Under the pieces are notes generated by a model that worked only from the letters and a program-made list of their open reading frames with translations, made no database searches and had not been told where the DNA came from. 32,000 bases of DNA from Bacilli bacterium (GTDB lineage: Bacteria > Bacillota_I > Bacilli_A > RF39 > UBA660): positions 3,986 through 35,985 of the forward strand of contig JBJEDW010000061.1 of NCBI GenBank assembly GCA_051872415.1. Reading direction: 5' to 3'. The stretch's first letter is position 1; each line of letters starts with the position of its first letter. This document shows positions 9,369-16,193 of this stretch, piece by piece. The translations under genes and the position numbers were made by a program.

Positions 9369-9394
9369 AAAAAAAGACGATATAATCGCCTTTT
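9369..9394 (-). terminator. Intrinsic terminator of tuf / str operon
   Basis: Minus-strand RNA is GGCGAU-UAU-AUCGUC followed by UUUUUUU, just after the tuf stop. Confidence 0.7.
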
Positions 9395-9399
9395 AGTTA

Positions 9400-10584
9400 T
9401 TATTCAACAATTTCAGAAACTACACCTGCTCCAACTGTTCTACCACCTTCACGAATTGAGAATTGAGTTCCTTTTTCAATTGCGATTGGGTGAATTAATT
9501 CTACAGTCATGTTAACATTGTCTCCAGGCATAACCATTTCAACACCTGCAGGTAATTCGATTACACCAGTAACATCTGTTGTTCTGAAGTAGAATTGTGG
9601 ACGGTAGTTTGCGAAGAATGGAGTATGACGTCCACCTTCTTCTTTAGATAATACATATACTTCAGCAGTGAATTTTTTGTGAGGAGTAACTGAACCTGGT
9701 TTAGCAAGTACTTGTCCACGTTCAACTTCTTCTCTAGAGATTCCACGAAGTAATACTCCGGCATTGTCTCCAGCTTCAGCATAATCTAAAGATTTTTTGA
9801 ACATTTCGATTCCTGTAACAACTGTCTTTTTAGTTGGTTTAATTCCAACGATTTCAACTTCGTCGTTAAGGTTTAATTTTCCACGTTCTACACGACCTGT
9901 AACAACTGTTCCACGTCCTGTAATTGTGAATACGTCTTCGATACTCATTAGGAATGGTTTTTCAGTATCACGTTCTGGAGTTGGAATCCATTCGTCAACT
10001 GCATCCATAAGTTCTTTAATTTTTTCAACGTAGTTAGCGTCTCCTTCAAGAGCTTTAAGAGCTGAACCTGTAATGATTGGAGTTTCATCTCCTTCAAATC
10101 CGTATTCGTTAAGTAGATCTCTTACTTCCATTTCTACTAATTCAAGTAATTCTGGATCGTCTACCATATCACATTTGTTTAAGAATACTACCATTCTTGG
10201 TACTCCAACTTGACGTGATAATAGGATATGTTCTCTTGTTTGAGCCATTGGTCCATCTGTAGCTGCGATAACTAAGATAGCTCCATCCATTTGTGCTGCT
10301 CCAGTGATCATGTTTTTAACATAATCGGCATGTCCTGGGCAGTCTACGTGAGCATAATGTCTTTTTTCAGTTTCATACTCAACGTGTGCAGTATTAATTG
10401 TAATACCACGTTCTCTTTCTTCTGGTGCTTTATCAATGTTTGCATAGTCTACAAAGTTTGCTCCTCCTTGTTCTGCTAAAACTTTTGTGATAGCAGCAGT
10501 TAGAGTTGTTTTACCGTGGTCTACGTGACCGATTGTACCAATGTTAACATGTGGTTTACTACGGTTAAATTTTTCTTTTGCCAT
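9400..10584 (-). CDS. tuf: Elongation factor Tu
   Basis: 394 aa. Starts [28 protein letters not shown], with DCPGH and NKCD GTPase motifs. Confidence 0.99.
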   Translation of the reverse strand: MAKEKFNRSKPHVNIGTIGHVDHGKTTLTAAITKVLAEQGGANFVDYANIDKAPEERERGITINTAHVEYETEKRHYAHVDCPGHADYVKNMITGAAQMDGAILVIAATDGPMAQTREHILLSRQVGVPRMVVFLNKCDMVDDPELLELVEMEVRDLLNEYGFEGDETPIITGSALKALEGDANYVEKIKELMDAVDEWIPTPERDTEKPFLMSIEDVFTITGRGTVVTGRVERGKLNLNDEVEIVGIKPTKKTVVTGIEMFKKSLDYAEAGDNAGVLLRGISREEVERGQVLAKPGSVTPHKKFTAEVYVLSKEEGGRHTPFFANYRPQFYFRTTDVTGVIELPAGVEMVMPGDNVNMTVELIHPIAIEKGTQFSIREGGRTVGAGVVSEIVE

Positions 10585-10669
10585 ATTTTTTATTTCCTCC
10601 TTTTTTTATTTCATTTTATATTGTATCTAACAATTGAATTTTTTTCAACTGTTTCTACCTTTTTTTTAA

Positions 10670-12739
10670 TTAATTACCACTTTTTTTGATAATTTCTTCG
10701 GCAATTGATTTTGGTACTTCTTCATAATGATCTGGTACCATTTGGAATGTTCCTCTACCTTGAGTATTTGATCTAATTGATGTTGCATATCCAAACATTT
10801 CTGATAGTGGAACCATTGCTGAAAACTTGATTGAGTTTCCACGTGATTCTTGTGATAGAGGTTTTCCACGTCTTGATGTTATATCCCCCATTACATTACC
10901 AAAGTATTCTTCTGGTACTACGATATCTACTTTCATGATTGGTTCAAGTATTACTGGTTTACATTTGTTTTTAGCTTCTTTAAGTGCTAAAGATGCTGCA
11001 ATTTTGAAAGCCATTTCACTTGAGTCTACATCATGGTATGATCCATCGTAAAGAGTTGCTTTTACATCAATCATTGGGAATCCTGCAAGTACTCCTGTTT
11101 TAAGAGCATCTTGAAGTCCTTTATCTACTACTGGGATGTATTCTCTTGGAACTACACCACCAACAATTTCGTCAACAAATTCATAACCTTTGTCATGATT
11201 TGGTTCGAATTTAATCCAAACATGTCCATATTGTCCACGTCCACCAGATTGTTTAATGTATTTACCTTCACATTCTCCAGTAGCTGTTAGAGTTTCGCGG
11301 TAAGCAACTTGTGGTTTACCTACGTTTGCTTCTACGTGGAATTCTCTTTTCATACGATCTACTAGTACGTCTAAGTGAAGTTCTCCGATACCGGCAATTA
11401 TTGTTTGACCAGTTTCTGTATCAGTATGAACTCTGAATGTTGGATCTTCTTCTGCTAGCTTTTGTAGTGCTAAAGCCATTTTATCTTGATCTGCTTTTGA
11501 TTTTGGTTCAATTGCAAGTTCAATAACTGGATCTGGTACTTCGATTGATTCTAGAATGATTGGTTTCTTTTCATCACATAAAGTATCTCCAGTTGTGGTA
11601 TTTTTTAGTCCTACTGCTGCAGCGATATCTCCAGTAAATACTTCAGATATTTCTGTTCTATCGTTGGCATGCATTTGGAGGATACGTCCTATTCTTTCTT
11701 TTACATTTTTAGTACTATTTAGAACATATGAACCACTTGATAATTTTCCTGAATAAACTCTAAAGAAAGTTAAACGTCCTACAAATGGATCTGTCATTAC
11801 TTTAAATGCTAAGGCACTAAATGGTTCAGTGTCTGAAGGATGTCTTTCGTCTTCTTCTCCTTTTGAGTTTATTCCTTTTATTGCAGGTATATCAAGTGGA
11901 GATGGTAAGTAATCAATTACTGCATCAAGTAGCAATTTTACTCCTTTGTTTCCAAGGGCTGTACCACACATGAATGGGAAGAATTCTGCTTTTAGAACTC
12001 CTGTTCTAATTGCACGTTTAATCATTTCTACTGATACTTCTTCTCCTTCAAGATATTTTTCCATTAATTCGTCATCGAATTCTGCAATTGCTTCAAGCAT
12101 TGTTGTTCTATATTCTTCTACTTTTTCTTTCATGTCTTCTGGAATAGCGATTTCTTCTGGATTTTCTTCTGCTCCACCATCATAGTGATAAGCTTTCATT
12201 GTAATAAGATCAATTATTCCATTAAATTCAGATTCTGCTCCAATAGGAAGTTCTATTGCTGCAGTGTTTGCTCCAAGTCTATCTTTAACACTTTGTAAGC
12301 TCATATAGAAATCTGCTCCTAATTTATCCATTTTGTTTGAGAAGATAATTCTAGGAACTTGATATTCGTTTGCTTGTCTCCATACTGTTTCACTTTGTGG
12401 TTCTACTCCAGCATTTGAGTCAAGTAATAATACTGCTCCATCTAGTACTCTTAAACTACGTTGTACTTCTACTGTGAAGTCTACGTGTCCTGGAGTATCG
12501 ATGATATTATATCTATATCCTTTCCAGAATGCTGTTGTTGCAGCGGATGTGATTGTAATACCACGTTCTTTTTCTTGTTCCATCCAGTCCATTTGAGATG
12601 CTCCATCATGAGTTTCTCCAATTTTATGAATTTTCTTTGTATGGAATAAAATACGTTCTGTTGCTGTTGTTTTTCCGGCATCTATGTGAGCCATGATTCC
12701 AAAGTTTCTTGTTTTTTCTAAACTAGTTTCTCTTGCCAT
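10670..12739 (-). CDS. fusA: Elongation factor G
   Basis: 689 aa with [17 protein letters not shown] and NKMD motifs, and full-length EF-G architecture. Confidence 0.99.
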   Translation of the reverse strand: MARETSLEKTRNFGIMAHIDAGKTTATERILFHTKKIHKIGETHDGASQMDWMEQEKERGITITSAATTAFWKGYRYNIIDTPGHVDFTVEVQRSLRVLDGAVLLLDSNAGVEPQSETVWRQANEYQVPRIIFSNKMDKLGADFYMSLQSVKDRLGANTAAIELPIGAESEFNGIIDLITMKAYHYDGGAEENPEEIAIPEDMKEKVEEYRTTMLEAIAEFDDELMEKYLEGEEVSVEMIKRAIRTGVLKAEFFPFMCGTALGNKGVKLLLDAVIDYLPSPLDIPAIKGINSKGEEDERHPSDTEPFSALAFKVMTDPFVGRLTFFRVYSGKLSSGSYVLNSTKNVKERIGRILQMHANDRTEISEVFTGDIAAAVGLKNTTTGDTLCDEKKPIILESIEVPDPVIELAIEPKSKADQDKMALALQKLAEEDPTFRVHTDTETGQTIIAGIGELHLDVLVDRMKREFHVEANVGKPQVAYRETLTATGECEGKYIKQSGGRGQYGHVWIKFEPNHDKGYEFVDEIVGGVVPREYIPVVDKGLQDALKTGVLAGFPMIDVKATLYDGSYHDVDSSEMAFKIAASLALKEAKNKCKPVILEPIMKVDIVVPEEYFGNVMGDITSRRGKPLSQESRGNSIKFSAMVPLSEMFGYATSIRSNTQGRGTFQMVPDHYEEVPKSIAEEIIKKSGN

Positions 12740-12754
12740 ATTTTATTTCCTTTC

Positions 12755-13222
12755 CTACCATTTATAATGAGCGAATGCTTTGTTAGCTTCGGCCATTTTG
12801 TGAGTATCTTCACGTTTTTTAACTGCTGCACCTGTGTTATTTGATGCGTCAATTATTTCATTTGCTAGATTTTCAGCCATTCCATGACCACCACGTAATC
12901 TAGCATAATTTATTAACCATCTAAGTCCTAGAGTTTGAGATCTTTCGTTTGATACTTCAATTGGAACTTGATAGTTAGAACCTCCAACACGACGTGATTT
13001 AACTTCTAAAGCTGGTTTTATGTTTTCAAGTGCTTGGTTAAATACTTCCATTGGTTCTTTTCCAGTTTTTTCTTTTATCATATCAAAAGCACTGTAAAGT
13101 ATTTTTTCAGCCTTACCTCTTTTTCCATCTATCATCATTGAGTTTATTAACTTTGTAACAACTTTTGATTTATATATAGGATCTGGTAAAACATCTCTTT
13201 TAACTGCTCTTTTTTTACGCAC
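12755..13222 (-). CDS. rpsG: 30S ribosomal protein S7
   Basis: 155 aa with the canonical S7 sequence ([15 protein letters not shown]...). Confidence 0.98.
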   Translation of the reverse strand: MRKKRAVKRDVLPDPIYKSKVVTKLINSMMIDGKRGKAEKILYSAFDMIKEKTGKEPMEVFNQALENIKPALEVKSRRVGGSNYQVPIEVSNERSQTLGLRWLINYARLRGGHGMAENLANEIIDASNNTGAAVKKREDTHKMAEANKAFAHYKW

Positions 13223-13257
13223 TTTGTTTTCCTCCTTTATATTATTTTTTACTTATT

Positions 13258-13668
13258 TTATTTTCCTTTTTTTGTTCCGTATTTTGAACGAGCTTTTTTA
13301 CGATCTTTAACGCCTTGTGTATCCATTGTTCCACGAACAATATGATAACGTACACCGATAAGGTCTTTTACACGTCCACCACGAATTAATACAACGCTGT
13401 GTTCTTGAAGATTATGTCCTTCTCCAGGAATATAAGCATCTACTTCTTTACCGTTTGATAAACGTACACGTGCATATTTTCTTAATGCTGAGTTTGGTTT
13501 TTTTGGTGTTTTTGTTCCTACACGAATACATACTCCACGTTTTTGTGGTGATGCAGTATTAGTAGCTTTCTTTTGTAATGTGTTCATTCTAATTCCAAGT
13601 ACTGGAGATTTAGACTTTCTTGTTTTGTCTTTTCTCTTCTTTCTTACTAATTGATTTATTGTTGGCAT
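13258..13668 (-). CDS. rpsL: 30S ribosomal protein S12
   Basis: [13 protein letters not shown]...[11 protein letters not shown] trimmed the start to ATG 13668, which lies behind AAAGGAG. The track's upstream extension is not S12-like. Confidence 0.98.
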   Translation of the reverse strand: MPTINQLVRKKRKDKTRKSKSPVLGIRMNTLQKKATNTASPQKRGVCIRVGTKTPKKPNSALRKYARVRLSNGKEVDAYIPGEGHNLQEHSVVLIRGGRVKDLIGVRYHIVRGTMDTQGVKDRKKARSKYGTKKGK

Positions 13669-13760
13669 AACTTCTCCTTTCCACACACATATCCAGGTGT
13701 ATCATTTTTCTTAATTTTTATTAGGTTTAGCTAGTAAACCCAATAAAATTCAACGATAGT

Positions 13761-13789
13761 AATATATCATTTTACCTTTAGTTTGTCAA
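13761..13789 (-). promoter_or_regulatory. str operon promoter
   Basis: The minus strand reads TTGACA (13789-13784), a 17-nt spacer containing TG, then TATATT (13766-13761), about 95 nt upstream of rpsL. Confidence 0.65.
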
Positions 13790-13817
13790 TCGTTTTTGGT
13801 AAATTTTGTATACATTG

Positions 13818-14864
13818 TTATGATATGCAATTTTGATTATTGTATGAAGATTTAAATTTCATTTTATTAAAACATTTGTTTTTGAAATGATAACTATCCG
13901 CATATTTAATATGTCCAAGAAAAGATGCAATACTCATTTCAACTTTTGTAATATCTAAATTTTCTTGCTCGTATAAATTATTCCATGTTTTTATTTTCTT
14001 TATAATGGTTTTTTTGTTTCTTTTTCTTAATAGTACATAATCTTCATGGATTATGTATCCACAAAAATCACAACCTTTTTTAGAAGGATAATATTTACTT
14101 TTTTTATTTAATTCTAGTTTTAAGGTTTCTATTAAAAACTTTTCTATTTTTTTTAGAACTTCTTTAGCAGTTTTTTTATCTTTTACTAAAATAACAAAAT
14201 CATCCATATATCTACAGTAGCACTTTATTCTTAAACCAAATTTTATGTAGTGATCAAGTTCGTTTAAATAAATATTAGCAAAGTACTGACTTGTGTAATT
14301 GCCGATTGGTATTCCTTTTTCGTTAAAGTCTCCGATTATTGTTTTTGTAAGCTTTAAAAATTTTTTGTCTTTAAAGTTTTTCTTCAAAATGTTATATAAG
14401 GTTTCTCTATCAATGCTGAAAAAATACTTTTTAATATCAAGCTTTATTATATAATAATCACCATATTCTTTTCTCATACATCTCATATAGTGTTTTATCT
14501 TTTGGTATGATTTGTGAGTTCCTCTTCCTATTATACAAGCATAAGTGTCATTTATGAACTTAGGAACCATGTATGGTTTTAAAAATTCTTCTACATACCA
14601 CTGATGAATAACTCTATCTTTGATCGGAAGTGCTTTTATTAATCTTTCTTTTGGTTCATAAATTGTAAATTCTCTATATTTTGAAGGTGTGTAAGTTAAA
14701 TTTAAGAGTTCATCATATATAGATACTAAATTACTTTCTAAGTTTTGTTCAAAGTTTATTATTTCTTTTTTATTTATTTTACCGTCACGAGCTCTATAGA
14801 AAGCATTATATAAATTAGTAAACTCAAGTTTTTCGTCATACTTTACTTTAATCTTTTTTGGCAT
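13818..14864 (-). CDS. DGR reverse transcriptase
   Basis: 348 aa. It has the RT motif 4 variant PIGNYTSQYFANIYL (the IGxxxSQ form typical of DGR RTs) and motif 5 YCRYMDDFVIL (YMDD). It has no maturase or endonuclease extension. Confidence 0.93.
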   Translation of the reverse strand: MPKKIKVKYDEKLEFTNLYNAFYRARDGKINKKEIINFEQNLESNLVSIYDELLNLTYTPSKYREFTIYEPKERLIKALPIKDRVIHQWYVEEFLKPYMVPKFINDTYACIIGRGTHKSYQKIKHYMRCMRKEYGDYYIIKLDIKKYFFSIDRETLYNILKKNFKDKKFLKLTKTIIGDFNEKGIPIGNYTSQYFANIYLNELDHYIKFGLRIKCYCRYMDDFVILVKDKKTAKEVLKKIEKFLIETLKLELNKKSKYYPSKKGCDFCGYIIHEDYVLLRKRNKKTIIKKIKTWNNLYEQENLDITKVEMSIASFLGHIKYADSYHFKNKCFNKMKFKSSYNNQNCIS

Positions 14865-15208
14865 AGTCCTATCCAGTTATCTAAGTTTTTATCTACTGCA
14901 TTTATTTTTCTTGACCAAGCTTCGTAATTTTTAATGGAAATATATTTTTCTTTATACGATACTCTTATATAAAAAGAAATAACTTTTATATTTGATGAAA
15001 TTTCTTTTAGGTAACCTAATTTGAGGTTTATTTTGGTTTCGTTGTAAGCATAAATCAGATATTTATATCCTTTTTCTAATATTTTTCTAATATCACTGCA
15101 TAAAACATCACGTTCATATTTTGGAAATTTTTTCATTATGTTATATGAATAATAAAATAAATCTATATATCTATTGTAAATAATGGACTTTTCAAATTCT
15201 TTATTCAT
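14843..15208 (-). CDS. avd: Avd-like accessory variability determinant (four-helix-bundle protein)
   Basis: 121 aa and basic. The MKKFPKYERDVLCSDIR pattern resembles the 23S-rRNA-IVS/Avd family. It overlaps the RT start by 22 nt and the upstream ORF by 4 nt. Confidence 0.8.
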   Translation of the reverse strand: MNKEFEKSIIYNRYIDLFYYSYNIMKKFPKYERDVLCSDIRKILEKGYKYLIYAYNETKINLKLGYLKEISSNIKVISFYIRVSYKEKYISIKNYEAWSRKINAVDKNLDNWIGLCQKRLK

Positions 15209-15555
15209 AGTTTTTCTTTTAACCTTCCGATTATATTAAGGGCTTCTAGTGGGGTTAAGTTATTGATATCTACCTTTTCTAAAATTTTAATTATAGAATC
15301 TTTATCACTTTCTTTTACTATTTCATATTTTATTTTATTTTCTTTAAACATTTCTTGGTATTTTTTTATGGATTTAACAGGAAAACCACATTTTTTTATT
15401 TCATTATTGAAATTGCTTAATTTAAATTCAAATTTTTTATTTAGGAAAATAGCATCTTCAGCGAGCGCTATGTAGAATATTCCACTTTTAAATAAATATA
15501 TTATTTTTTCATTATTTCTTTTTAATTTTAAATATTTTTCGTATGTTTTACTCAT
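15205..15555 (-). CDS. MutS domain-I-like mini-protein (DGR accessory candidate)
   Basis: 116 aa. YEKYLKLKRNNEKIIYLFKSGIFYIALAEDAIFLNKKF...CGFPVKSIKKYQEMFKENKIKYEIVKE parallels the MutS mismatch-binding domain (QYL.LK...P..ILFFR.GDFYELF..DA...GIP.......Y...L...G..VAI.EQ). The C-terminal LTPLEALNIIGRLKEKL parallels the MutS C-terminal helix-turn-helix. RBS is AAAGGAG. Confidence 0.65.
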   Translation of the reverse strand: MSKTYEKYLKLKRNNEKIIYLFKSGIFYIALAEDAIFLNKKFEFKLSNFNNEIKKCGFPVKSIKKYQEMFKENKIKYEIVKESDKDSIIKILEKVDINNLTPLEALNIIGRLKEKL

Positions 15556-15619
15556 GTTTTTACTCCTTTTACTTTTTTTATCCAGCGCAACTAAAGCGAA
15601 AACTTGTTAATACTAAAAT

Positions 15620-15651
15620 AATGCTAAAGAGAATAAATTCTCTATAGCATT
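15620..15651 (-). other. 15-bp imperfect hairpin in the TR-to-msl spacer
   Basis: aatgctaaagagaat-aa-attctctatagcatt, with one mismatch. Confidence 0.4.
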
Positions 15652-15807
15652 ATCTGTAGTTTCTAACTTTCACATATTGTTACTAGCTCTAAACTATCGT
15701 TTTTTATTTTTTTCTTGCACTTGCAAGAAAGGTAAAAGCTCTTTACTAAATTAGCTTTGTATTTAATCCTTGAACTAAATCTCTCACCATATTATTTAGT
15801 AATCCAA

Positions 15808-15938
15808 AGGGCACCAGGACAACCACGCGAGCCGAGTTGTTACTGTTGGCATTACCGTTGTTGTTGTTCGAGTTCATCACGCCTGCGTTAGCCCCATTGT
15901 TGTAGTTACCGCCACGTATGAACCAAGGGTTCGAAGCA
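15808..15938 (-). repeat. DGR template repeat (TR)
   Basis: 131 nt homologous to 16196-16326. On the coding strand it is rich in AAC/AAT codons (14 of them). The 72-aa track ORF here (15746-15964) is just the TR read in the VR frame. Confidence 0.92.
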
Positions 15939-16173
15939 GAACGAGACACTTTACAAACTTTCACCTATCTTAACAAATGTTAAGACCATATTCCTTGCCA
16001 CTTCTTGCGAAGCGGAAGGCAATCGGGACCCTGGCGGGAAAAGCCCGCTTGCCTTGTGCTTTATTATATTATATTGTATCACTATTTTCGCCTGATTTTA
16101 GTAAACTAAAATCTAGGAAAAATAGTGTTATTGTTGTTTGCCTTGCAAAAATTGGACAGTCGTCCGAAAGGGG

Positions 16174-16193
16174 CATAGTCCTAACGGACTATG
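16174..16193 (-). promoter_or_regulatory. Perfect 8-bp stem / 4-nt loop hairpin immediately 3' of the VR and stop codon
   Basis: catagtcc-taac-ggactatg, abutting the TAG stop (16194-16196). It is in the position of the hairpin/cruciform that guides DGR target recognition. Confidence 0.6.

Noticed and set aside
4676-12649. Short antisense ORFs inside hsdM, hsdR, tuf and fusA (for example 4676-4882, 5387-5605, 9797-10033, 11946-12185)
   Set aside because: They are fully embedded antisense to strongly supported genes, with no independent signals.
13818-14864. The RT as a retron or group II intron RT
   Set aside because: The IGxxxSQ motif, the adjacent Avd-like ORF and a clear TR/VR pair fit a DGR. 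There is no maturase/X domain, no intron RNA domains, and no msr/msd-like inverted-repeat structure next to the RT.
15915-15940. GGTTCGAAG within the TR, resembling a tRNA T-loop (GGTTCGAAT)
   Set aside because: There is no flanking 5-bp T-stem, acceptor stem or anticodon arm. The motif is just the PWF/SN codons of the TR on the opposite strand.
15746-15964. 72-aa minus-strand ORF (MKVCKVSRSASNPWFIRGGNYNNGANAGVMNSNNNNGNANSNN...) as a small Asn-rich protein
   Set aside because: It is the DGR template repeat read in the VR frame. It has no RBS, and its Asn richness is simply the AAC-rich TR design.
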